This document shows positions 8,631 through 16,519 of a stretch of DNA of 37,793 nt, one piece after another; position 1 is the first letter of the stretch, and the number at the start of each line of letters is the position of its first letter. The notes under the pieces were generated by a model, which saw only the letters and a list, made by a program, of their open reading frames with translations, did not search any database and was not told where the DNA came from. The translations under genes were made by a program, and so were the position numbers. This DNA comes from a virus (Duplodnaviria > Caudoviricetes), in the IMG/VR virus record IMGVR_UViG_3300048578_000409, positions 1 to 37,793 of that record; one strand, written 5' to 3'.

Positions 8631-8947
8631 GCCCCGCAGGTGCAGGTGGTGGCGGTTGCGGTATAGGGCGCGCGGGTCGTTTGCGCTTGCTCCGCTACTT
8701 CCGCCACCTCGGCCACGAAGGCTTCGGCATTGATGTGGGCGCCCTGGTGGCTCCAGAGGTTGGGGGCAGTTTGGCTGAGCCAGCGGCGGATGATTTCGCG
8801 GCCGATGTATTCCGCCACGCGGCAGGCGTCGCGGTTGCCGTAGGGGGCGGGGTTGGCCTGGGCGATGTGCCAGAGGTCGGCAAGGTGCTGATCGGTGAAG
8901 CTGGTGAGACCGTCGGTGTCGATCTCGAAGGTGATGGTGGTCTTCAT
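8534..8947 (-). CDS. First gene of the pL operon, hypothetical phage protein
   Basis: GGAG RBS; MKTTITFEIDTD..LWHIAQANPAPYG..GREIIRRWL. Confidence 0.7.
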   Translation of the reverse strand: MKTTITFEIDTDGLTSFTDQHLADLWHIAQANPAPYGNRDACRVAEYIGREIIRRWLSQTAPNLWSHQGAHINAEAFVAEVAEVAEQAQTTRAPYTATATTCTCGAQDKDRCTCNSDSNRSYTASANSGVALSSNTD

Positions 8948-8981
8948 GATTTGCTCCGTGATTGGTGGTGACGGAGCGAAT

Positions 8982-9021
8982 AATCGCAATTGCGCTCAAG
9001 CATGTCAAGCGCAATTGCGAT
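8982..9021 (-). promoter_or_regulatory. pL/OL: two inverted 15-bp operators overlapping a TTGACA promoter
   Basis: AATCGCAATTGCGCT...AGCGCAATTGCGATT. Minus-strand TTGACA at 9003-9008 is followed after 17 nt by GATTAT. The same motif occurs three times between cI and cro. Confidence 0.85.
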
Positions 9022-9037
9022 TGTTTTTGTTGGAGGC

Positions 9038-9062
9038 AAAAAAATGCCCGCGTGATGCGGGC
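9038..9062 (-). terminator. Rho-independent terminator after the PDZ-YbjQ gene
   Basis: Minus strand GCCCGC-ATCAC-GCGGGC followed by ATTTTTTT. Confidence 0.8.
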
Positions 9063-9082
9063 TTAAGGGGAGGGGTGGTGTG

Positions 9083-9679
9083 TCAGTCGGTAACGACGGC
9101 TGTGCCGGTGGCGGCTACCAGAAGAATGAAGCCGCCCTTGTCGCCCAGCTCGCTGTAGGTGAAGTTGAGGCCGACGACGGCATTGGCGCCGAGATCGTAG
9201 GCGGCGGCCCGGATGTCGTGGCAGACGCCTTCCCTGGCGTTGGCCAGACGGGCCTCGAGGCCGGCGGCGCGGCCGCCCACAATGTCTCGGATGCCGCCGG
9301 CGATGTCGGCCAGGATGTTGGTGCCGTCGATGACCTGGGCGGAAACCAGGCCGATGGAGCGCCCCACGGTTTTTCCTGGAACGGTCGGCGTGGTGAGCAG
9401 GGGCATGGTGCGAAGGTCTCGCTCCCGGGCGAAGGCCTGTTCATCCAGCTCAGTCTCGCCAAGGATGGCGCCGAGGGATGATTCGGTTACCGTGACGGTG
9501 ATGGTCTGGTAGTCGCGCAGGATGGTGAGAACGGTGTTGCCCAGCTTGAGGTTGTTGGTGAGAAAGTTGGGGTCGGCAGAGCGATGGCCGTTGATCTCAT
9601 AGATCAGATCGTGGGGCTGCAGCGCCAGCTTCTGAGCGGCGCCACCTTCCTTGATTACGCCGATGCTGAGGAATTTCAT
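9083..9679 (-). CDS. PDZ-like domain fused to YbjQ/UPF0145 domain (moron)
   Basis: N-terminus VIKEGGAAQKLALQPHDLIYEING is PDZ-like; C-terminus LTTPTVPG..GTNILADIAGGIRDIVGGR..LGANAVVG..ATGTAV is YbjQ-like. Confidence 0.8.
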   Translation of the reverse strand: MKFLSIGVIKEGGAAQKLALQPHDLIYEINGHRSADPNFLTNNLKLGNTVLTILRDYQTITVTVTESSLGAILGETELDEQAFARERDLRTMPLLTTPTVPGKTVGRSIGLVSAQVIDGTNILADIAGGIRDIVGGRAAGLEARLANAREGVCHDIRAAAYDLGANAVVGLNFTYSELGDKGGFILLVAATGTAVVTD

Positions 9680-9843
9680 GGTTCCCCCTGAGTTCGAATG
9701 GTCCTGCCAGCCCCTGGGGCAAACCCTAGTGGCGGTCAGTCGTCAGATTGTGAGGAGTAAAATGCACTGCCGATCAACGAGCTGGGGGCAGTAAGAAGAC
9801 CCCCCCGTCGGCAGCATGCTGGGTGAGCCGCCCGCATGACTGG

Positions 9844-9866
9844 GCCCGCTTAGGCGGGCTTTTTTT
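9844..9866 (+). terminator. Plus-strand rho-independent terminator with no long plus-strand ORF upstream
   Basis: GCCCGC-TTAG-GCGGGC-TTTTTTT. Confidence 0.75.
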
Positions 9867-9917
9867 CGTCTGCGGTAATGATAAAGACATTTTATCTATG
9901 GCTGAATATCGCGAATG

Positions 9918-10199
9918 TCATAGTTCGCCGCTGGCCAGGAGGATGGCGGCGTAGAGGAGGGCGCCGGCTGCTTCGTGCTTGTTGCGGGCGAAGCGGCCTT
10001 CCACGGAGACGACGGGGTGCTCCCGCCCTTCGGCGGTGGCAATGGCAATGCCGCCGGTGAAGCGCATGGCTTCGGCGTAGTGGGCGAACTCGTTGAACAT
10101 GTTCGCGGTGCGTCGGTTGAGGCCGCCCTTGATCCACAGGGGGCCTTGCGGTGATTTTCTCGGCATGGGCGTGTCTATAACCTTTGTTATAGCCGCCAT
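9918..10199 (-). CDS. Hypothetical protein downstream of cI
   Basis: 93-aa ORF co-oriented with cI; start could be 10166 (MPRKSP). Confidence 0.55.
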   Translation of the reverse strand: MAAITKVIDTPMPRKSPQGPLWIKGGLNRRTANMFNEFAHYAEAMRFTGGIAIATAEGREHPVVSVEGRFARNKHEAAGALLYAAILLASGEL

Positions 10200-10234
10200 G
10201 ATACGCGCCGTCGCCGGCGGGGATACTGGGGAGA

Positions 10235-10708
10235 TTACGAGGTGCCGGTGCGCCTCTTGCGGCGCTTGGCTTCGAAACTGTCGCCGGCCTGGATGGCCTT
10301 GGCGATGTAGCCGTCGGCCGGCGGGGCTTCCTGCACGGAGTCGCTATCGGCGCCGGCGATGATGAGGTTGATGGCCTTGATGACGGGATCGCTGGCCGGG
10401 CGATGCTGGATGGCTTCAATGATCTGCTGGATGTGGGCGGGAAGGGCTGCGTAGCCGGGCGCAGCTTCTTCGCGCACGGCATGGGCCGGCAGGGTGTCGG
10501 CTTCTTTTGCTCCCTTGCCGCTATCGAGCCATACGGCGTTGACGCCGAAGAAGGCGGCGGCTTGGGGAATGATGGTTGATCCCTTGTTTCGCCCGTTTTC
10601 GATGCTGGCGATGGTCGATTGCCCGCACTGCAGCACCTTGGCGAGGGCTGCCTGGGAGAGCTTCTTTCCCTCCCTGCATTGGCGGAATCGGTCTTTAAGT
10701 TGGTTCAT
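10235..10708 (-). CDS. CI-like XRE/HTH repressor without an S24 peptidase domain
   Basis: LKDRFRQCREGKKLSQAALAKVLQCGQSTIASIENG..FGVNAVWLDSGKG; divergent from cro. Confidence 0.9.
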   Translation of the reverse strand: MNQLKDRFRQCREGKKLSQAALAKVLQCGQSTIASIENGRNKGSTIIPQAAAFFGVNAVWLDSGKGAKEADTLPAHAVREEAAPGYAALPAHIQQIIEAIQHRPASDPVIKAINLIIAGADSDSVQEAPPADGYIAKAIQAGDSFEAKRRKRRTGTS

Positions 10709-10775
10709 ATCGCAATTGTGATTGATTCGGCAATCGCAATGGCGCTTGCGTGTTAAGCGCAATTGCGATTAGACT
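10709..10775. promoter_or_regulatory. OR1-3 operators with divergent pRM/pR promoters
   Basis: ATCGCAATTGTGAT, AATCGCAATGGCGCTT and AAGCGCAATTGCGATT. pR is TTGCGT(10746)-18-TAGACT(10770). Minus-strand CACAAT lies 6 nt before the cI ATG. Confidence 0.85.
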
Positions 10776-10782
10776 TCGCGCC

Positions 10783-11103
10783 ATGGATTGGAAAAACGTT
10801 ATTCAGCAGATATTGGACAAGGGGCTTTCCCAGGCTCGCATCGCTGAGCTGTGCCGCAGTGGGCAAAGCCATATCTCCAGTCTCTACAACGGCAAGCGCC
10901 TCCGCCCTAATTGGGACTTGGGGCATGCACTCATCGGCCTGTGCGACCGGGTGGCCTCGGCTTCTGACGAGGAGCTGCGGGCTCTCATTTCGGGTCCGTT
11001 GCCCACGTCCACCGCACAGGAAGCCGCACCAATTGCTTTGGGCATCCAGGCAATGCGGCCTGCCCAGGGCGCTTCGCCGGCGCTTGCGGAGCGGGGTGAA
11101 TGA
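10783..11103 (+). CDS. Cro-like HTH protein
   Basis: MDWKNVIQQILDKGLSQARIAELCRSGQSHISSLYNGKRLRP. Confidence 0.85.
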   Translation: MDWKNVIQQILDKGLSQARIAELCRSGQSHISSLYNGKRLRPNWDLGHALIGLCDRVASASDEELRALISGPLPTSTAQEAAPIALGIQAMRPAQGASPALAERGE

Positions 11104-11148
11104 TGGCCGCCCTGCGTTTTGCTTTCATCATCTAGGAGGACTCCCAAT

Positions 11149-11490
11149 ATGGCTTTCGTTACCGAATCGCTTCCGAAGTGGGATGGTGTTCCCCGGCTCA
11201 GTGCTTGGCTGAATCTGCCCGACGTGAAGGTGCCTGAAATGTACGAACAGGCCACCTCGCGTCTTCTTGATTCGATTAATCAGCAGGTGGAGCGGATGAA
11301 ATCCGCACCACCAATAAACAATGAAGTGTTCAGCTATTCCTTGTCATCTCTAAGACAGATAAAAGCCGACTCGCGTAATCCTGAAAAGACGGCTTGCTGC
11401 CGTCTTCTAAGCCTTCCCATTTGTCCTCGGCAAGTTTTTGGATTAGTCCTTGCACAGGCTCTATGGATTCTGGCTTTGTTGATCCAATGA
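11149..11490 (+). CDS. Hypothetical protein (low-GC insert)
   Basis: AGGAGG RBS before ATG 11149; 3' half overlaps the convergent gene. Confidence 0.45.
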   Translation: MAFVTESLPKWDGVPRLSAWLNLPDVKVPEMYEQATSRLLDSINQQVERMKSAPPINNEVFSYSLSSLRQIKADSRNPEKTACCRLLSLPICPRQVFGLVLAQALWILALLIQ

Positions 11491-11587
11491 ACATCAGGAT
11501 CGCTTCTATGCCGCATTCCAGTGCAGACCTGCGCCCCATTTCTGCTAACAAAATCTGTCCGAGCTGTTCCGAAATGTCTTCGTTCAT
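11330..11587 (-). CDS. Hypothetical protein antisense to the pR operon (low-GC insert)
   Basis: AAAGGA RBS; MNEDISEQLGQILLAEMG... 85 aa, helical. Confidence 0.55.
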   Translation of the reverse strand: MNEDISEQLGQILLAEMGRRSALECGIEAILMFIGSTKPESIEPVQGLIQKLAEDKWEGLEDGSKPSFQDYASRLLSVLEMTRNS

Positions 11588-11695
11588 GGGTAATTCCTTT
11601 CTGGGTAAGGTGATGCGAGTGGAATCCGCATCTTACCCGATTGGAATTTCCCGCCATTTTTCTGTCTCCCCTTGGTCGATCCCTCGACCGCTTGT

Positions 11696-11731
11696 CGCCC
11701 GGTCCCCCTGTGGGATCGGGCGTCCTTTTTT
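11696..11731 (+). terminator. tR1-like terminator before cII
   Basis: CGCCCGGTCCC-CCTGT-GGGATCGGGCG hairpin followed by TCCTTTTTT. Confidence 0.6.
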
Positions 11732-11787
11732 CTAGGGTAGGCAGTCTGTCTTTGGTCCACAACACGAAAAGATAAGGGGAAAGTCAC

Positions 11788-12312
11788 ATGACATATCGAA
11801 TCGAAGAAGGTCACCCGCTGGATGTTCTGTTCCGTGCCTGCGGCAAGTACCCGGGCGGGGTTGAGGCTCTGGCCGTGCGGCTGAAGCTGAACGAGAAGAC
11901 GCTGTACAAGAAGCTGCGGCACCAGATTGATACCAACCACATGAACTACGACGGCGAGCTTTCGGAGCTGCTGTTCTGCCTGCAGGAGGCGAAGGTGGAT
12001 GGCTGGGCGGATACGATCCGCGCCTTCTGCTGGCGCCATGACCATATCGCCATCCCCATGCCGGACTTGTCCGAGGCTTCGGACGATGATCTGTCGGCCC
12101 TGGTGCTGACGGTGGTGAAGGAGTACGGCGATGTGGCCAGCGCCCTGTCCCAGGCAACCAGCGGCGAAAGCGAGGCGCAACGCCTGATCACCTCCCGCGA
12201 GTTCGCGGACTTCGATGTGCAGGTGAATGAGGCCATGGCCGCCCTGGCAGCCCTGCGCGAACGGGCCCGGGCCAGCCATGAGGCGGCGAAGGCTCAGGGG
12301 TTGGTGCGGTAA
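11788..12312 (+). CDS. Phage regulatory CII (CP76)-like protein
   Basis: YPGGVEALAVRL....TLYKKL; position between cro and replication genes. Confidence 0.75.
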   Translation: MTYRIEEGHPLDVLFRACGKYPGGVEALAVRLKLNEKTLYKKLRHQIDTNHMNYDGELSELLFCLQEAKVDGWADTIRAFCWRHDHIAIPMPDLSEASDDDLSALVLTVVKEYGDVASALSQATSGESEAQRLITSREFADFDVQVNEAMAALAALRERARASHEAAKAQGLVR

Positions 12313-12321
12313 GACGCGGCC

Positions 12322-14769
12322 ATGACTGAACCCATCAATGGGGACAAGGTGCCCCTGCCTTGGGCTGACCTGCGGGCCTATCGGGCCGCTTACCAACGCG
12401 AGAATCCTATCCCGCCACTCGAGGCGGTGGTGCCTGCCCTGGCTGATCGTTGCCAGTGGTTGATCTGGCGTTATGAGCCCGGGGAAACGCCGGAGAAGAA
12501 GCCGCGCAAGATGCCGTACTACGCGAACGGCAAGCGGCGCTATGGCGACCAGGGAAGTGAGGCTGACCGTGCCGCACTGGCTGACTTCGCCACCGCGGCG
12601 GCATCGGCTGGAAAGCGGGGATTCGATGGCGTGGGTTTCGCCTTTCTCCCCGGCGACGGCCTGATTGGCATTGACCTGGACGGGATGATCGATCCCGAGT
12701 CTGGCGAGATCGGCGAGCTGTGCCGGGAGATCGTGGCGGCCTGCGCCAGCTATACGGAGCTTTCTCCCAGCGGCAAGGGGGTGCACATCATCTGCGCCGG
12801 CCAGACGGAGTCGTTCAAGAGCAACAAGATCGGGGTGGAGGTTTTCTCCGGCGCCCAGTTCTTCACCTTCACGGCCCGGGCCTGGGCGGGTTCTGCCCTG
12901 GCGTTGTCGCCCCTGGCCCCGGAGGTGTTGGCCCGCCTGCGCCAGCTGGTGGACGACGCTAAAGGTCATGGAAAGATGCGCCCCCCTGCTGCCCCGCGTG
13001 AGCCCGGTCAGGGTGGCGGGGTCTTTGGCGGCCGGGTGCGGAGCCGGGCTGAGTCGGTGGCTTTGGCTGAGGAGGCGATCGGTTTCATCAGCCCGGACGA
13101 TTACCAGGACTGGATCAAGGTCGGCATGGCCTGCAAGGAACTGGGGCGGTCTGGCTATCTGATCTGGGACGAATGGTCTTCCCGGAGCGCTAAATATGCG
13201 GGGCCGGCGGACACGGAGAAGCGGTGGGATTCGTTCAACCCTACCCAGGTGACTCTGGGGGCGCTGTTCGGCATGGCGAAGGATGGTGGCTGGGTTGCTC
13301 CCTGGGACAAGGCTTCACGTAAGCCTGTGCCTCAGCGGGGCGGGCCTCCGCCTTCTGACGATGTTCCCCCGCTCGGGGATGCGGCTCCTCCTTCGCCTCC
13401 TTCCCCCTCTGCTGACCTTTCATCGGACCCCGCGCCAGCTGCAGATGAGATTTCTACCACTTCCGGAGCTGCCGCGGGGGGTGAGGAACGGGCGGCGCCG
13501 GAGACGGAGTGGGAGATAGGCTTGATCCACAAGAAAGGTGAGGTGTCGTCGTGTTTGGCGAACGCTGATCTTCTTCTGAAGAACTTGCCGGAGTGGAGGG
13601 GCGTCATCGCTTATGACGAATTCGCTGAGCGGGAGGTGTTCCGCAAGCCGCTGCCTTTCATGCCGAACGGTCCGAAGGCTGGGGTATGGGAGGATCATCT
13701 GGATGTTTCCACGGCCATCTGGCTGCAGCGGGCCTTCCGCACGGAGTTTTCGGACGCGATAGTGGGCAAGGCGGTGGGGGCAGTGGCTCGGGCGAACAAG
13801 TTTCACCCGGTACGGGAGGCGTTGAATGCCTTGCCGCCGTGGGATGGGAAGCCCCGCAATGCGACATGGCTTTCCGACTTCCTCGGCGCGGAGCAGACGC
13901 CATACCTGGCCCTGGTTGGGGTGTATTTCATCCGCGGCATGATCAGTCGGGTGATGGCGGCTGGGAGCAAGTTCGATTACTGCATGGTGCTTGAAGGGGC
14001 GCAGGGGAAGGGGAAGTCGACGGTATCGCGCATCCTCGGTTGGCATTGGTACTGCGACACCGACTTGGACCTTTCCAACAAGGATTCGCTGCTGGCCCTG
14101 CCTGGGCACTGGGTCTATGAGATTGCGGAGCTTGGCTCTCTCCTGAAGGCGGAGCAGCAGAAACAGAAGTCCTTCCTCAGTCGCCAGTTCGATAAGTTCC
14201 GCCCGCCCTATGGGAAGCGGTTGGTTGAGGTGCCGCGCCAGAACGTCTTTATCGGTACCACCAACGAGGATGAGTACCTGAAGGACCCAACCGGGGCGCG
14301 GCGTTTCTGGCCGGTTCGGTGCGGGGATAACTTTGACCTGGAAGGCCTCCGTGCCGCCTTGGAGCAGATGTTCGCCGAGGCCCTGCAGGAATACCGGGAA
14401 GGTAAGAAGTGTTACCCGACGCCGGAGGAAGAGGAGGAGTTCTTCAAGCCGGAGCAGATGAAGCGCGGTATGCCGGAGCCGTTTGATGATGGCCTGGCGC
14501 CTTGGGTTGCTAAGCAATACGCGCCTTTCTCCATGACGGAGGCGGCCATTGATTGCCTGGGCCTTGGATACGACAAGCTGACGCCGGCAGTGACGACTCG
14601 GATCGGGTTTGCGCTGAAAAAGCTTGGGTGCGTGAGGGCACCGGAGGACAGGCTGGCAGCGGATCAGAGCCGGCGGCGGCTGTATCTGCCTCCGAGTCTG
14701 GCAAAGACTGCTGCAGGTGTTGCGCCGCTTGCTCGGAAGCAGGAGGAGGGTACGTATGCGCAGTTCTGA
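12322..14769 (+). CDS. Primase (AEP-type with PriCT_2) fused to VirE/VapE helicase
   Basis: GVGFAF..GLIGIDLD..ELSPSGKGVHI; DYQDWIKVGMA..WDEWS; FHPVRE..LEGAQGKGKST..YEIAEL..FIGTTN..DPTGARRFWPV. Confidence 0.9.
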   Translation: MTEPINGDKVPLPWADLRAYRAAYQRENPIPPLEAVVPALADRCQWLIWRYEPGETPEKKPRKMPYYANGKRRYGDQGSEADRAALADFATAAASAGKRGFDGVGFAFLPGDGLIGIDLDGMIDPESGEIGELCREIVAACASYTELSPSGKGVHIICAGQTESFKSNKIGVEVFSGAQFFTFTARAWAGSALALSPLAPEVLARLRQLVDDAKGHGKMRPPAAPREPGQGGGVFGGRVRSRAESVALAEEAIGFISPDDYQDWIKVGMACKELGRSGYLIWDEWSSRSAKYAGPADTEKRWDSFNPTQVTLGALFGMAKDGGWVAPWDKASRKPVPQRGGPPPSDDVPPLGDAAPPSPPSPSADLSSDPAPAADEISTTSGAAAGGEERAAPETEWEIGLIHKKGEVSSCLANADLLLKNLPEWRGVIAYDEFAEREVFRKPLPFMPNGPKAGVWEDHLDVSTAIWLQRAFRTEFSDAIVGKAVGAVARANKFHPVREALNALPPWDGKPRNATWLSDFLGAEQTPYLALVGVYFIRGMISRVMAAGSKFDYCMVLEGAQGKGKSTVSRILGWHWYCDTDLDLSNKDSLLALPGHWVYEIAELGSLLKAEQQKQKSFLSRQFDKFRPPYGKRLVEVPRQNVFIGTTNEDEYLKDPTGARRFWPVRCGDNFDLEGLRAALEQMFAEALQEYREGKKCYPTPEEEEEFFKPEQMKRGMPEPFDDGLAPWVAKQYAPFSMTEAAIDCLGLGYDKLTPAVTTRIGFALKKLGCVRAPEDRLAADQSRRRLYLPPSLAKTAAGVAPLARKQEEGTYAQF

Positions 14770-14795
14770 TGCTACGGGCGCTCGGGTTAGCGGTA

Positions 14796-15037
14796 TTCCC
14801 AACGTTGATTCAGAGGTTGGGAACGTTCAACACGTGCTTTTGTGCCGTTTTCCCAACGTTCCCAACGTTCCCAACGTTTTTCCTCGCACACATGCGCCCC
14901 CGCGTACACACGTGTGCACGCCTGTGTGCGCAAGATCAGCAGAAAAGGTTGGGAAGGTTGGGAAGGTTGGGAAGAGGTTGGATTTTCAAGCGGTTACGGT
15001 TCCCAACGTTGCTTTTAGGTTGGGAAGAGGTTGGGAA
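14796..15037. repeat. Array of about 12 direct and inverted 9-bp iterons, probable replication origin
   Basis: TCCCAACGT at 14797, 14851, 14860, 14869 and 15001; AGGTTGGGA at 14814, 14946, 14955, 14964, 15017 and 15028, plus an imperfect copy at 14975. Directly after the primase-helicase. Confidence 0.8.
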
Positions 15038-15060
15038 CGAAAGTGGAAAGGAGCTGGACC

Positions 15061-15348
15061 ATGGAAGCGCTGACCCTGAAGCAAATCGAGAAGCTGCGCA
15101 AAGACTTCGATCTGGTGGCCGATGATCGGGTGAAACGTGGCGACTGGACGAAGGAAGAGGTGGCGGAGTTCGGGGAAGCCATCAAGGAAGCGGTGGATCA
15201 GGGGGATGTGGTTGCCCTGTGCGGATGGGCCATGTGGTTCTCTGACCTGGCCCACTCCCTGACCACCTTCGCCTTGATCGTGCGCAATGCCGAGATCCGC
15301 ATCCGGGCCGCGGCCCTGGAGGCGAAGGAACAGAAGAAGGCTGCTTGA
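15061..15348 (+). CDS. Hypothetical phage protein
   Basis: AAAGGAG RBS; MEALTLKQIEKLRKDF. Confidence 0.75.
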   Translation: MEALTLKQIEKLRKDFDLVADDRVKRGDWTKEEVAEFGEAIKEAVDQGDVVALCGWAMWFSDLAHSLTTFALIVRNAEIRIRAAALEAKEQKKAA

Positions 15349-15358
15349 GGGGATGGCG

Positions 15359-15817
15359 ATGAACGATGATCTTCACTTCACCCAGTCGGCCGTGACGGCG
15401 ACGGCTTCGGGTAACCTGACCTGGGGCAGTTGGACCCTGGATGCTTCCACCGCGTTGGGCATGTCTGGGCGCAAGAATCCGCTCGGGTTCGCCCTGGTGC
15501 GATATGTGGCCGATGAGGGCGTGGCCACCATGCTGGCCGTGGTCCTGATCCTCTCGACCCAGATGATTCGTCGGGGCGGGGTCGAGCCGGCCCGGGCCAA
15601 TGAGGTGGCGCAGCGGGCCTTTGACTTCTGGAACAACCGTCTCTGCCCAGCGTGCGGCGGTCATGGCCGGGAGGCGACGGGGTGCGTTTGCCGCCGCTGC
15701 ATCGGCGAGGGAGTGCGGCCGCTGTCCGATGCGCCGGAGGAAATCCGCGACGCCATCAATGTGCTGGTGCGGGCGGAAGAGTGGATGGACGCCCAACTCC
15801 GCAAGCGTCTCCGCTGA
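15359..15817 (+). CDS. Putative late antiterminator (Q-like, Zn-finger)
   Basis: CPACGGHG..CVCRRCIGEG; last early gene, followed by a promoter and terminator. Confidence 0.6.
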   Translation: MNDDLHFTQSAVTATASGNLTWGSWTLDASTALGMSGRKNPLGFALVRYVADEGVATMLAVVLILSTQMIRRGGVEPARANEVAQRAFDFWNNRLCPACGGHGREATGCVCRRCIGEGVRPLSDAPEEIRDAINVLVRAEEWMDAQLRKRLR

Positions 15818-15833
15818 TTTTTCGGCTGGGGGG

Positions 15834-15891
15834 TTGACAGGGGTGTTAGTCTGAAATTGTAGAGCCTCGGAAACCCCGGGGCTTTTCTTTT
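15834..15891 (+). promoter_or_regulatory. pR'-like late promoter region and tR'-like terminator
   Basis: TTGACA at 15834; TG-T-TAGTCT extended -10 candidate; AGCCTCGG-AAACC-CCGGGGCT-TTTCTTT hairpin. Confidence 0.6.
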
Positions 15892-15938
15892 GCCCAGTGA
15901 TTCCTGCAACGCCCTCACCTCGAAAGGAGGTGATCCAC

Positions 15939-16349
15939 ATGCCGGTCAGCGCCCCGAAACCTTGCAAGCATCACGGCTGTGGCGCGCTGGTCAGCGATGG
16001 CTCCGGATACTGCGCCCGCCACCAGGAAGACCGGAAGGTCGGGAAGTTCGCAGATGCCAGGAGAGGTTCCCGCCACCAGCGAGGCTACGGCTACAGCTGG
16101 GAGAAGACACGGGAGCGAATCCTCAAGCGTGACAACGGACTCTGCCAACCCTGCCTGAAGCAAGGCCGGGTCACGGCAGCAGATCAGGTGGACCACATCA
16201 CCCCGAAGGCCGAAGGCGGCGACGACGACGACACCAACCTGCAATCGATCTGCGACACCTGCCACAAGGCCAAGACAGCCAAGGAAGCCAGACGGGGGAG
16301 GGGGGGGTTAAAAGTCCAGCCCCCCAAACCGCCAGGACCGGCTGGTTAG
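15939..16349 (+). CDS. HNH endonuclease (HK97 gp74-like terminase cofactor)
   Basis: RGYGYSWEKTRERILKRDNGLCQPC..VDHITPKAEGG..NLQSICDTCHKAKT. Confidence 0.92.
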   Translation: MPVSAPKPCKHHGCGALVSDGSGYCARHQEDRKVGKFADARRGSRHQRGYGYSWEKTRERILKRDNGLCQPCLKQGRVTAADQVDHITPKAEGGDDDDTNLQSICDTCHKAKTAKEARRGRGGLKVQPPKPPGPAG

Positions 16350-16393
16350 TCAAACTTTTTTATGCGGGGGTTTTGGGGAGGGGGGTACCCCCT
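16293..16393. other. Probable cos packaging-site region
   Basis: G-rich GGGGGAGGGGGGGGTTAAAAGT..GACCG..TCAAACTTTTTT at the HNH 3' end and a GGGGGTACCCCC palindrome; this is the usual cos location in HNH-terS phages. Confidence 0.55.
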
Positions 16394-16519
16394 GCCATTG
16401 GTGTGCAGACGTGTACACCTTGCTGTTGATCTAGTCCGGGGCCGCGATGCCTGCTATGCTTTCCTGGACTTTTACGAGCCATCAGGCGCACCGGGGCGCA
16501 GCGCACAAACCGGAAGTGA

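Noticed and set aside
8690-8720. 9-bp imperfect tandem repeat
   Set aside because: It is a simple VAE-VAE-VAE coding duplication in a low-complexity tail.
9712-9730. GGGCAAACC as a c-di-GMP-I riboswitch
   Set aside because: The downstream GNRA stem and GACGCAAAG elements are absent.
14796-15037. Repeat array as a CRISPR
   Set aside because: The repeats are only 9 bp, occur in both orientations, lack regular unique spacers and have no cas genes. An origin of replication fits better.
15625-15645. CTGGAACAAC as a possible DGR template repeat
   Set aside because: It is an isolated codon match (FWNN) inside the Q-like gene, and the flanks do not align with the Mtd variable region.
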